Notes under the pieces: generated by a model
Seen by the model: only the letters and a program-made list of their open reading frames with translations
Told to the model about the DNA's origin: nothing
The model's database searches: none
Part shown: piece after piece, positions 27,141 through 42,280 of the stretch
How the letters are laid out: every line of letters begins with the position of its first letter
How positions within the stretch are numbered: position 1 is the first letter of the stretch
From: Eledone cirrhosa
Taxonomy: Eukaryota
Direction: 5' to 3'
Assembly: GCA_964016885.1 (NCBI GenBank)
Contig: OZ024740.1
Span: forward strand, 342,674,001-342,738,000
DNA length: 64,000 nucleotides
Program-made: the position numbers and the translations under genes

Positions 27141-27207
27141 TTTTATTATGCGCATTTCAAAAACAAACATCATCATGCAATAATATTTGTGTTTTCATCA
27201 GATAAAA
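27141..27207 (-). ncRNA. Type-I hammerhead ribozyme motif, canonical core, in a PLE-like 3' tail (27015 to ~28200)
   Basis: UUUUAU-CUGAUGA-long stem II-GAAA-UGCGCA-UA-AUAAAA; same family as 44737-45030. Confidence 0.8.
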
Positions 27208-28204
27208 CAGGAGAACATGATATGAAGGCTAAAAAACACTTGTGGATAGTGCAGTTTTAAATCAACATATGAAAAGTGGTTTTAGATTGATGTGTGATAT
27301 TGGGAAAAATATTTTATTTAGAGAGGGGGGGGGGGTGGAAAGGATGAAAAAGAGGAGGAGATGAGAGGGAGAGATGGGTGATAGAGAGAAAGAGATAGTT
27401 TTTATAACTGAGAGGAGATATATTGTTTTACATAGAGAGGTTGAAAACCGTTGGAAGATAATGTATAAATTAAAAAAAATTTGAAAATTAACGAAAGGAG
27501 GATATGTGCGAGGAAAAAGTATTTTATTTAGGGAGGGGGGGTGGAAAGGATGAAAAAAAGGGGGAGGAGATGAGAGTGAAGGTGGAGAGGGAGAGATGGG
27601 TGATAGAGAGAAAGAGATAGTTTTTATAACTGAGAGAAAGATATATTGTTTTACATAGAGAGGTTGAGAAACCGTTGGAAGATAATGTATAAATTAAAGG
27701 AATTTGAAAATTAACGAAGGGAATTTATGTATGAAGATAGAGAGAAGAAATAATAATTGTGGATGAATATTCTAACGTCAAAAAAGGGTATGTTGTGGCA
27801 ATTTCAAAATTAATGAAGAGAAAAATTATTAAGGTTTGTGTGTAGAAGGATTTGAGAAAAATAATGTGAAGTTAAAGTTTGTATATTGGAGGAATTGATA
27901 ATATATGCGAATAGAGTTAATATGTATTAAGAATGAGTTCGTTGATGGGGAGAAAAAATAATAAATTAAGGATGAAATTGAGATTAAAAAGATTTATGAT
28001 AGAGAGAAAAAAATTTATGATAGAGAAAAAAATAATGATTGCGGATGAATATTCTAACGTCAAAAAACAGATGTATATGTTATGAATGATTTTACAAGGT
28101 GAAGATAGAATGAGGGTAATGAGTAAACAAGTATTATAGAGTGTATAAAGCCCTTTAAAGTATGGTAGGAAGATGGGTATATTTTAAAGAGGTGTATGTA
28201 TATG

Positions 28205-29113
28205 TGCCTGGCAGGTTTTCTACAGCTGGATGCCCTTCCTAACACCAACCACATTTACAGTGTGGGACTGGGACGTTTTTACCGTGTTGCCTACACGGTC
28301 ACATTACAGCGTGGACTGTGTGTTTTTTTTTCGTGACACCTACACGATCTCATTTGTTTCGGCCTGGATGGCGCGGCACCAACATAACTTTACATTGAAA
28401 GGGGCGGTGTGGATGGGGTGGGGTGGTGGGACGGGGGTGTATTTTGTTAGAGATGCCAACTGACTGTAGTAGGTTTTACTTTATATTTAGGTAACGCGGG
28501 TCTTCTCTGTTACTGAGTACCACCAAAGGTCTCGGTCCAGTGACATTGTCTTGGAGAGGTGTAAGTGTGTGAGGTCGGAATTTATCAGCTCGTCCCAGGT
28601 TTTTCTGGGTCTGCCTACTCCGTGGCTACCATCTATCTTTATTGCCCTGCACTTTGTTATACAGCTGTCGTCTTTCATGCGCATCACGTGACCATACCAA
28701 CGTAGCCTTCTCTCGAGTAAACAACATCTGATCCCTCTTATTTCTAATTTTTTCCTTAGTTCGTTTATGCTTTGCCGTTCGCGTATATTACTATTACACA
28801 TCCAGCGGAGCATGCAAGCTTCGTTCCTCTCTAGTCTGCGTATATCCTCTGCACACAATGCCCAGGTCTCACTGCCATGCAACATTGCTGTTCGTATGCA
28901 GGCATCATACAACCTGCCTTTCACTTTTAGGGAGAACCCTTTAGCGGCTAATAGTGGTATAAGCTCTCTGAACTTTTTCCATCCAGTTCTGACTCTAGCT
29001 ACTGTACTTTCGGAGCACCCTCCCCCACTGCTGATTTTGTCACCCAGGTAACGGAAGCTGTCCACTATTTCTATAGAACCCTCTGCGCAGTTGAAAGAGC
29101 TAGTATTTTGTGG
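28205..29113 (-). mobile_element. RTE LINE fragment, cut by the assembly gap
   Basis: ORF 28487-29065 [20 protein letters not shown]. Confidence 0.92.
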
Positions 29114-29313
29114 NNNNNNNNNNNNNNNNNNNNNNNNNNNNNNNNNNNNNNNNNNNNNNNNNNNNNNNNNNNNNNNNNNNNNNNNNNNNNNNNNNNNNNN
29201 NNNNNNNNNNNNNNNNNNNNNNNNNNNNNNNNNNNNNNNNNNNNNNNNNNNNNNNNNNNNNNNNNNNNNNNNNNNNNNNNNNNNNNNNNNNNNNNNNNNN
29301 NNNNNNNNNNNNN
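29114..29313. other. Assembly gap (200 N)
   Basis: Run of n. Confidence 1.
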
Positions 29314-29960
29314 TGAAGAAAAAGATGCATCATCGCTCATGTCTATGCCCAGGTATCGTATCGATTTTGACACGGGGATATCGGTCCCTCCTGGTCCTGT
29401 GTAGCTGTGTTCCGCTATATTTGTGTTTGTGTTTGCAGGTTTGTATTGTAGGGCTTGGAATTTGCCAGCATTAAACTGCATGTTGTTTTCTTCCGCCCAT
29501 CTGTATATGGCATCCAGATCCTGCTGTAAGAGGGCAGCGTCAGCCAGGTTTTTGATTGCCTGTGCTACCTTAGTGTCATCAGCATAGCTAGTGAGGGATG
29601 TTGTTGCATGCACCACAGAGGGCATGTCCGAGAGAGCCACCAAAAACAGTAGTGGTCCCAGGACTGTCCCCTGAGGCACCCCACTTGTTATCGGTGTTTC
29701 CCTCAAGAGGGCCCCATTTGCTGCGACTGCCTGGCTTCTGTCCCTCAGGAAGTCCCTCAGGAAGCCATGCAGCCACTCACCTACTTTTCCAGTTATGCCG
29801 AGTCCGTGTAGTTTGTGACATATCATTCCGTGGTCGACCTTGTCAAAGGCCTTCGCAAAGTCAAGATATATCACGTCTACATGTGAGCTGTCTAGTAGCT
29901 GTCTCAGTACCCAGTCGTAGTGATGTAGCAGCTGTGTAAGGCAGCTTCTTCCTGGGCGGA
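29314..29960 (-). mobile_element. CR1/Jockey-group LINE RT fragment, 5'-truncated at (AT)n
   Basis: [12 protein letters not shown]...[13 protein letters not shown]...[13 protein letters not shown]...YADDTK...YLGI. Confidence 0.9.
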
Positions 29961-29991
<31 letters not shown>

Positions 29992-29996
29992 TATAC

Positions 29997-30118
<122 letters not shown>

Positions 30119-30124
30119 ATACAT

Positions 30125-30192
<68 letters not shown>

Positions 30193-30198
30193 ATACAT

Positions 30199-30363
<165 letters not shown>

Positions 30364-30458
30364 TACATATATACATATATACATATATATACATATATAT
30401 ATATATACATACATATATATACATATATATATATACATATATATACATATATATATAC

Positions 30459-30493
<35 letters not shown>

Positions 30494-30504
30494 CATATAT
30501 ATAC

Positions 30505-30547
<43 letters not shown>

Positions 30548-30560
30548 TACATATATATAC

Positions 30561-30595
<35 letters not shown>

Positions 30596-30596
30596 C

Positions 30597-30627
<31 letters not shown>

Positions 30628-30680
30628 GGCGATGAATTAGTTTTGCGAGGTTTTTTATATGAAATCGTGTGTCGAAACAG

Positions 30681-31379
30681 ATATTGTTATATTTGGGGAG
30701 GGTCATATTTGCGTAATATTGCCAGAATTAATAACAGAACACACTCACTGTTTGGTTGGTTTTCGCTTCTCGCTGTCTTTTATATATATATATCTGCGAT
30801 CTAACTTACTCGGTCCTCAATGTTGCCATTGACTGACCGGCGGTCAAAAATAATACAGATACAATATAGACAAACACATATATATATAGTTTACATAAAT
30901 CTTTCGTTGCACGCACATCTGCAACATCGTCAGTGGTGTTATATTCATTGTTCCTCCTGTTGTGTTGTATGTCTACGCCATTTTTTTTTGTTTTTTGTTT
31001 TTTTTGTTTTTTTTTTTTTGTTTTTTTTGTTGTTGTTTTTTTTTGTTGTTCAGTCTGTCTATATATAGACAGACTGAACAAAAAAAATGGCGTAGACATA
31101 CAACACAACAGGAGGAACAATGAATATAACACCACTGACGATGTTGCAGATGTGCAACGAAAGATTTATGTAAACTATATATATATGTGTTTGTCTATAT
31201 TGTATCTGTATTATTTTTGACCGCCGGTCAGTCAATGGCAACATTGAGGACCGAGTAAGTTAGATCGCAGATATATATATATAAAAGACAGCGAGAAGCG
31301 AAAACCAACCAAACAGTGAGTGTGTTCTGTTATTAATTCTGGCAATATTACGCAAATATGACCCTCCCCAAATATAACA

Positions 31380-31383
<4 letters not shown>
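30681..31383. repeat. ~700-bp near-perfect palindrome centred on TATATATA
   Basis: Arms are reverse complements apart from a poly-T/TTG expansion and a small indel in the left arm; centre TTGTTCAGTCTGTC-TATATATA-GACAGACTGAACAA. Confidence 0.92.
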
Positions 31384-31410
<27 letters not shown>

Positions 31411-31421
31411 CATATATATAC

Positions 31422-31467
<46 letters not shown>

Positions 31468-31471
31468 ATAC

Positions 31472-31570
<99 letters not shown>

Positions 31571-31591
31571 CATATATACATATATATATAT

Positions 31592-31660
<69 letters not shown>

Positions 31661-31666
31661 CATATA

Positions 31667-31787
<121 letters not shown>

Positions 31788-32077
31788 CATATACATATAT
31801 ATACATATATATACATATATACATATATATACATATATATACATATATATAAATATATATACATATACATATATATACATATATATACATATATATATAT
31901 ACATATATATATATACATATATATATATACATATATATACATATATATACATATACATATATATACATATATGTATATATGTATATATATATGTATATAT
32001 ATATATATATGTATATATATGTATATATATATACATATACATATATATACATATATGTATATATGTATATATATATG

Positions 32078-32127
<50 letters not shown>

Positions 32128-32273
32128 CATGTATATATATGTATATATATGTATATATATGTATATATATATATATGTATATATATTTATATATATGTAT
32201 ATATATGTATATATATGTATATATGTATATATATGTATATATATGTATATATGTATATATATGTATATATATG

Positions 32274-32413
<140 letters not shown>

Positions 32414-32530
32414 CATATATATACATATATATACATATATACATTATATATACATATATATACATATATATAAATATATATACATATATATATATATACA
32501 TATATATACATATATATACATATATATACA

Positions 32531-32562
<32 letters not shown>

Positions 32563-32627
32563 CATATATATATATACATATATATACATATACATATATA
32601 TATATACATATATATACATATATATAC

Positions 32628-32664
<37 letters not shown>

Positions 32665-32732
32665 TATACATATATATACATATACATATATATACATATA
32701 TGTATATATATATACATATATATACATATATG

Positions 32733-32766
<34 letters not shown>

Positions 32767-32777
32767 CATATATAGAC

Positions 32778-32834
<57 letters not shown>

Positions 32835-32839
32835 CATAC

Positions 32840-32888
<49 letters not shown>

Positions 32889-32899
32889 CATATATATAC

Positions 32900-32930
<31 letters not shown>

Positions 32931-32931
32931 C

Positions 32932-33032
<101 letters not shown>

Positions 33033-33061
33033 CATATATATATATACATATATATATATAC

Positions 33062-33114
<53 letters not shown>

Positions 33115-33142
33115 CATATATATACATATAATATATATATAC

Positions 33143-33173
<31 letters not shown>

Positions 33174-33223
33174 CATATATATACATATATATATATACAT
33201 ATATATACATATATATATATACG

Positions 33224-33311
<88 letters not shown>

Positions 33312-33316
33312 CATAC

Positions 33317-33427
<111 letters not shown>

Positions 33428-33520
33428 CATATATATGTATATGTATAAATCGGTTCTCTTGGTGGAACATCAACAATGTGAACAATTTGTCAGCATTTTC
33501 TATTCCGTTTACCAATATAC

Positions 33521-33721
<201 letters not shown>

Positions 33722-33726
33722 AATAC

Positions 33727-33821
<95 letters not shown>

Positions 33822-33842
33822 CATATATATACATATATATAT

Positions 33843-36175
33843 AGTGGCCAGGAGGGAAGCTAGGAGACAAGTGTACTTCGCAAGAAGGGAAGCAGAGGAA
33901 AGAAAGTTCAAGCATCTTCTACAAAGCGAGGACCAAAAACGTGAGATGTTCAGGATTGCTAGGCAATGTGTCAAGGAAAACCGTGATATTGTCGGGAGAA
34001 GTGTGTACTTAATGATGATGGCGTACTTGCCATCACTGACAAGAAGGTAGCTTGGAAGTGTCACTACGAAAGGCTACTAAATGAGGAGAATAAATGGGAG
34101 AAAGACAGTCTCCCCCACATCGACCCAATAGGGGGACCAGCAGTGTTAGTCGAAGGTAGTATAATAAGTAAGGCAATCAAAGATATGAAGACGGGTAAGG
34201 CGGCTGGGCCTTCGGAAATAGTTGCTGAGATGCTGAAAGCCTCTGGAACGGTGGGACACACCATGGTCACCCGGATAGTAAACCAAGTCATACAGAATGG
34301 GGTTGTTCCGAAGGACTGGCGTAGCAGCATCATCGTTAACTGCTACAAGGGTAAAGGAGACGCCCTAGATAGGAGTAACTATAGAGGCATTAAATTAATC
34401 GACCAGGTCATGAAGGTCACGGAAAAAGTAATAGTGCAACTAATCAGAGAGAGAATTCACCTAGATGAAATGCAGTTCGGGTTTGTGTCAGGCAAAAGTA
34501 CCACAGACGCTCTTTTCATTGTACGACAACTACAGGAGAAGTACCTAGCTAAAAGTAAACCCCTATACTTAGCTTTAGTCGACTTGGAGAAAGCTTTTGA
34601 CAGAGTCCCCCATTCCATTATCTGTGGGCTCTTAGAAAACTAGGTGTTGATGAATGGCTTGTGAGAGCTATACAAGCCATGTATAAAGAAACAGTCAGCA
34701 AGGTTAGAATTAACAACGAATATAGTGAAGAGTTTAGCGTAAAAGTTGGTGTTCATCAGGGCTCCGTTCTTAGCCCCCTACTATTTATTATTGCCCTTCA
34801 GGCTATAACAGTGGAGTTCAAGACCGGATGCCTATGGGAACTCCTATACGCAGATGATCTAACACTCACAGCCTGAATCAATGGCCGAACTAGAGAAGAA
34901 ATTCCAAACATGGAAGCACGGCCTAGAATCAAAAGGCGTTAAAATTAACCTGCCTAAGACTAAAGTTCTAGTTTGTAGGAAGGAAAATAGCGCACCGGTC
35001 CCATCCGGGAAATGGCCATGCTCAGTGTGTAGGAAAGGCGTAGGTAGAAACTCCATTTTATGTCCCAACTGCAAAGTATGGGTGCATAAAAGATGTAGTG
35101 GGATCACAGGTAAGCTAACTAAGAACATAGATTTTACATGTGGCCGGTGCTCTGGTGCAATAAGTAGCAGCAAGTGCCCACAAAATACTAGCTCTTTCAA
35201 TTGCACAGAGGGTTCTATAGAAATAGTGGACAGCTTCCATTACCTGGGTGACAAAATCAGCAGTGGGGGAGGGTGCTCTGAAAGTACAGTAGCTAGAGTC
35301 AGAACTGGATGGAAAAAGTTCAGAGAGCTTATACCACTATTAGCCGCTAAAGGGTTCTCCCTAAAAATGAAACGCAGGCTGTATGATGCCTGCATACGAA
35401 CAGCAATGTTGCATGGCAGTGAGACCTGGGCATTGTGTGCAGAGGATATACGCAGACTGGAGAGAAACGAAGCTTGCATGCTCCACTGGATGTGTAATAG
35501 TAATATATGCGAACGGCAAAGCATAAACGAACTAAGGGAAAAATTAGAAATATGAGGGATCAGATGTTTACTCGAGAGAAGGCTACGTTGGTATGGTCAC
35601 GTGATGCGCATGAAAGACGACAGCTGTATAAAAAAGTGCAGGGCAATAAAGATAGACGGTAGCCACGGAGTAGGCAGACCCAGAAAAACCTGGGACGACC
35701 TGATAAATTCCGACCTCACACACTTACACCTCTCCAAGACAATGTCACTGGACCGAGATCTTTGGCGGCACTCAGTAATAGAGAAGACCCGCCTTACCTA
35801 AATACAAAGTAAAACCTACTACAGTCAGTAGGCATCTCTAACAAAATACACCCCCGTCCCACCACCCCTTTCAATGTGAAGTTATGTTGGTGCCACAACA
35901 TCCAGGCCGAAACAAATGAGATCGTGTAGTTGTCACAACAAAAAAAAAAAAAAATCCACGCTGTAATGTGACCGTGTAGGCAACACGGTAAAAACCTCCC
36001 AGTCCCACACTGTAAATGTGGTTGGTGTTAGGAAAGGCATCCAGCTGTAGAAAACCTGCCAGACAGTCCTATGCGAGCAAGACAACCACTCTTGCCTCAA
36101 GTGGGAAAACTCCCGTCCAAACCCATGCAAGCGTGGAACATGGACGTTAAACGATGATGATGATGATGATGATGA
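33843..36175 (+). mobile_element. RTE LINE, 5'-truncated, disrupted RT + PHD-like finger + 3' UTR
   Basis: [39 protein letters not shown] motifs split by frameshifts/stops; (GAT)n tail. Confidence 0.95.
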
Positions 36176-36196
36176 TATATACATATATATATATAG

Positions 36197-37912
36197 CCAG
36201 GACTTTGTTTTTTTTTGTCGTGACACCTACACGTCTGGCGGGTTTTCTACGGCTGGATGCCTTTCGCAACACCAATCACGTTTACAGTGTGTACTGGGAG
36301 GTTTTTACCGTGTTACCTACACGGCCACATTACAGCGTGGACTGTGTGTTTTTTTTTTTGTCGTGACACCTACACGACCTCATTTGTTTTGGACTGGATG
36401 TTGTGGTACCAACATAACTTCACATTTAAGGGGGTGGTGTGGATGGGGTGGGGGTAGTGGGACAGGGGTGTATTTCGTTAGAGGTGCCTACTGACTGTAG
36501 GTTTCGCTTTATACTTAGGCGAGGCAGGTCTTCTATATAACTGTGTAGCGCCAAAGCTCTCGGTCCAGTGACATTGTCTTGGAGAGGTGTAAGTGTGTGA
36601 GGTCGGAATTTATCAAGTCGTCCCAGGTTTTTCTGGGTCTGCCTACTCCGTGGCTAACGTCTATTTTTATCACCCTGCACTTTTTTATACAGCTGTCGTC
36701 TTTCATGCGCATCACGTGACCGTACCAACGTAGTCTTCTCTCGAGTAAACAACATCTGATCCCTCTTATTCCTAATTTCTCCCTTAGTTCGTTTATGCTT
36801 TGCCGTTCACGTATATTACTATTACACATCCAGTGGAGCATGCAAGCTTCGTTTCTCTCCAGTCTGCGTATATCCTCTGCTCACAATGCCCAGGTCTCAC
36901 TGCCATGTAACATTGCTGTTCGTATGCAGGCATCATACAGCCTGCCTTTCATTTTTAGAGAGAACCCTTTAGCAGCCAATAGTGGTATAAGCTCTCTGAA
37001 CTTTTTCCATCCCGTTCTGACTCTAGCTACTATACTTCAGAGCACCCTCCCCACTGCTGATTTTGTCACCCAGGTAACGGAAGCTGTCCACTATTTCTAT
37101 AGAACCATCTGTGCAATTGAAAGAGCTAGTATTTTGTGGGCACTTGCTGCTACTTATTGCACCAGAGCACCGGCCACATGTAAAATCTACGTTCTTAGTT
37201 AGCTTACCTGTGATCCCACTACATCTTTTATGCACCCATACTTTGCATTTGGGACATAATATGGAGTTTCTGCCTACTCCTTTCCTACACACTGAGCATG
37301 GCCATTTCCCAGATGGGACCAGTGCCCTATTTTCCTTCCTACAAACTAGAACGTTAGTTTTAGACAAGTTAACTTTAAGGCCTTTTGATTCTAGGCCATG
37401 CTTCCATGTTTGGAATTTCTTCTCTAGTTCAGCCATTGATTCAGCTATGAGCGTTAGATTATCTGCATATAGGAGTTCCCATGGGAAGCCGGTCTTGAAC
37501 TCCTCTGTTATAGCCTGAAGGGCAATAATAAATAGTAGGGGGCTAAGGACGGAGCCCTGATGAACACCAACTTTTACGCTAAACTCTTCACTATATTCGT
37601 TGTTAATTCTAACCTTGCTGACTGTTTCTTTATACATGGCTTGTATAGCTCTCACAAGCCATTCATCAACACCTAGTTTTCTAAGGGCCCACCAGATAAT
37701 CGAGCGGGCTACTCTGTCAAAGGCTTTCTCCAAGTCAACAAAAGCTAAGTATAGGGGTTTACTTTTAGCTAGGTACTTTTCCTGTAGTTGTCGTAGCATG
37801 AAAAAAGCGTCTATTGTACTTTTACCTGACACAAACCCGAACTGCATTTCGTCTAGATCAATTCTCTCTCTGATTAGTTGCGCTATTACTTTTTCTGTGA
37901 CCTTCATGACCT
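36197..37912 (-). mobile_element. RTE LINE, inverted tail-to-tail with the preceding copy
   Basis: ORF 37023-37907 with RT motifs (YADN) and PHD-like finger; 3' end rearranged. Confidence 0.95.
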
Positions 37913-37914
37913 AC

Positions 37915-37945
<31 letters not shown>

Positions 37946-38374
37946 CATATATATGCATATATATATATATACATATATATATATACATATATATATATAC
38001 ATATATATATATACATATATATATATACATATATATATATACATATATATATATACATATATATATATATACATATACATATATATATATACATATACAT
38101 ATACATACATATATACATATACATATATATATACATATATATATACACATATATATATATACACATATATATATACACATATATATATACACATATATAT
38201 ATACACATATATATATACACATATATATATATACATATATATATACACATATATATATACACATATATATATATATATATACATATATATATACACATAT
38301 ATATATATATACACATATACATATATACATATACATATATACATATACATATACATATATACATATACATATAT

Positions 38375-38574
38375 GTAGGCAACACGGTAAAAACCTCCCA
38401 GTCCCACACTGTAAATGTGGTTGGTGTCAGGAAGGGCATCCCACTGTAGAAAACCTGCCAGACAGTCCTATGCGAGCAAGACAATCACTCTTGCCTCAAG
38501 TGGGAATACCCCCGTCCAAACCCATGCAAGCGTGGAACACGGACGTTAAACGTTGATGATGATGATGATGATGA
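38375..38574 (+). mobile_element. Solo RTE 3' tail in (AT)n
   Basis: Matches the last ~200 bp of the RTE 3' UTR plus (GAT)n. Confidence 0.88.
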
Positions 38575-38595
38575 TATATACATATACATATATAC

Positions 38596-38626
<31 letters not shown>

Positions 38627-38865
38627 CACACATATATATATACACATATATATATACATATATATATATATACATATATATATATACATATATATATATA
38701 CATATATATATATACATATATATATATACATATATATATACACATATATATATACATATATACATATATATATATACATATATACATATACATATATATA
38801 TATATACATATATATATATACATATATATATATATACATATATATATATACATATATATATATAC

Positions 38866-38912
<47 letters not shown>

Positions 38913-38987
38913 CATATATATATATACATATATATATATATACATATATATATATACATATATATATATATACATATATATATATAC

Positions 38988-39130
<143 letters not shown>

Positions 39131-39131
39131 C

Positions 39132-39202
<71 letters not shown>

Positions 39203-39319
39203 CATATATATATATATACATTTATATATATATATATATACATATATATATACATATATATATATATACATATACATATATATATACATATATATATATA
39301 TACATATATATATATACAC

Positions 39320-39406
<87 letters not shown>

Positions 39407-39407
39407 C

Positions 39408-39494
<87 letters not shown>

Positions 39495-39502
39495 CATACA
39501 TA

Positions 39503-40314
39503 TGCTCAGAGCAGGAGAGTTGGGGCGAAAAAGGTATCGGATGCTGAATTTGCCGACGACATAGTTTTGGTGACAAATACAGTGAAGGAGGCAGAGGATT
39601 TGATGCGGGAGGTTGAGACTGTGTCGATGAGTGTGGGGCTGAGAATGAATGAGACTAAAACAAAATATCTGGTAGAGAATGTTGAGAAGCCAGAGGGGAT
39701 CACTAATATAGGCGGGAAGCCGCTGGAATTGGTTGAGGACTTCCTGTATTTGGGAGCAAAGATTGGGAATACGGAAGATGATGTGGTTGAGAGGAAGAGC
39801 AAGGCCTGGGCGGCGTGCCACAGCTTGAGATCGGTGTGGAAGTCTGACCTTCGTAGAGACCTGAAAATCCGCCTCTTCATTGCTGTAGTGGAGTCTATGC
39901 TGCTGCATGGGTCTGAGACTTGGACACTGACCAAGAAACTCACTCAGATGGTGGATGGGTGCTACACGAGAATGCTGAGGATGGCTCTGAACATTAATCA
40001 GTATACACTGAGGATGAAAAACTCAGAGCTGTATGGGAGCATCCCAAAAGTCAGCTCAAAAGTGACACAGAGGAGACTGAGGTTGGCTGGACATGCTCAC
40101 CGACATCCAGAGTTGACATTGCACTCAGTGCTCCTTTGGGAGCCCCTACATGGACACACTAGAAGAGGAAGACCAAGGTTAACATATGTTGATGCCCTAA
40201 GGACAGACACTGGTCTGTTCGAGATGCAGGATATGGCAGCGATAATGAGGGACAGAGACCGCTGGAGAGAACTCGTCCATGGATCTCGGGAATTTTACCC
40301 GCCTTAGATAGATA
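39503..40314 (+). mobile_element. 5'-truncated RTE-clade LINE, third family, with (TAGA)n tail
   Basis: Open frame EFADDIVL...FLYLG...[11 protein letters not shown]...[11 protein letters not shown]...RRGRP; stop followed directly by TAGATAGATAGA and (AT)n. Confidence 0.9.
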
Positions 40315-40315
40315 G

Positions 40316-40348
<33 letters not shown>

Positions 40349-40381
40349 CATACATATATATATATAGATATATATATATAC

Positions 40382-40428
<47 letters not shown>

Positions 40429-40585
40429 CATACATATATATATACATATATATATATATACATATATATATATACATACATATATATATATACATACATA
40501 TATATATATACATACATATATATATATACATATATATATATACACATATATATATACATATATATATATACACATATATATATAC

Positions 40586-40634
<49 letters not shown>

Positions 40635-40900
40635 CAATATATATATATACATATATATATATACATATATATATATACATATATATATATACATATATAT
40701 ATATACATATATATATATACATATATATACACATATATATATACACATATATATATACACATATATATATATATACATATATATATACATATACATATAT
40801 ATATACACATATATATACACATATATATATACATATATATATATACATATATATATATACATATATATACACATATATATATACACATATATATATACAC

Positions 40901-40931
<31 letters not shown>

Positions 40932-41054
40932 CATATATATATACACATATATATATACACATATATATATACACATATATATATACATATATATATATAT
41001 ACATATATATATACATATATATATACATATATATATATATACATATATATATAC

Positions 41055-41086
<32 letters not shown>

Positions 41087-41275
41087 CTATACATATATCT
41101 ATACATATATATATACATATATATACATATATATATATACATATATGTATATATATATATATATATACATATATATATACATATATATATACATACATAT
41201 ATATATATATCTATACATATATCTATACATATATATATACATATATATACATATATATATATACATATATGTATA

Positions 41276-41336
<61 letters not shown>

Positions 41337-41361
41337 GTACATATATGTATATATATATATG

Positions 41362-41446
<85 letters not shown>

Positions 41447-41597
41447 TGTATATATATATGTATATAGATATATGTACATATATGTATATATATATATGTA
41501 CATATATGTATATATGTATATACATATATATATATACATATATATATATATACATATATATATATACATATAATAATATATATATATACATGTAATA

Positions 41598-41653
<56 letters not shown>

Positions 41654-41656
<3 letters not shown>

Positions 41657-41965
41657 GTTAGAGCATTGGCCTTGCAATCGAAAGGTTGTGAGTTCAATTC
41701 TCAGACCGGGTGATGTGTTGTTTCCTTGAGCAAGACACTTTATTTCACATTGCTCCAGTTTACTCAACTGTAGAAATGAGATGATAGGGACTGGGGTCCA
41801 TATCATTCCACTACAAAGTGGTCATGTAGGTGCCACGTCAAAAAAGCACCCAGCACTCACTGTAAATGAGGTTGGTGTTAGGAAGGGCATCCAGCTGTAG
41901 AAATCAAACCAGAATCAGTTCCCATCTCACCCTTGCAAGCATGGAAAAAGCGAACGTAAAATGAA
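41654..41965 (+). mobile_element. SINE with tRNA head and RTE-derived 3' tail (full copy at 59866-60215, -)
   Basis: A/B-box head; tail GCACCCAGCACTCACTGTAAATGAGGTTGGTGTTAGGAAGGGCATCCAGCTGTAG is the same as RTE 3' UTR 24629-24683. Confidence 0.88.
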
Positions 41966-42036
41966 AAATATATGTCCCAAGGCTCTGATACTATCAACAT
42001 TATAAACACAGAGCTGGCATATCTAAGAACTGACTA

Positions 42037-42092
42037 ACTGCCGAATGGGGTCATAGCCATTCAATGGCTATCATCGAAATATATATAGCAGT
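42037..42092 (+). ncRNA. Hammerhead-like fold with degenerate 5' core
   Basis: ACUGC-CGAAUGG-stem II (GGUCAUAGCCA/UGGCUAUCAUC)-GAAA-UAUAUA-UA-GCAGU, then AATAAA and (AT)n. Confidence 0.55.
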
Positions 42093-42133
42093 AAATAAAG
42101 GATTATGAGTTCATGCAATTGAATTATGTTTCG

Positions 42134-42203
<70 letters not shown>

Positions 42204-42208
42204 CATAC

Positions 42209-42246
<38 letters not shown>

Positions 42247-42280
42247 ATACATATATACATATATATATACATATATTATA

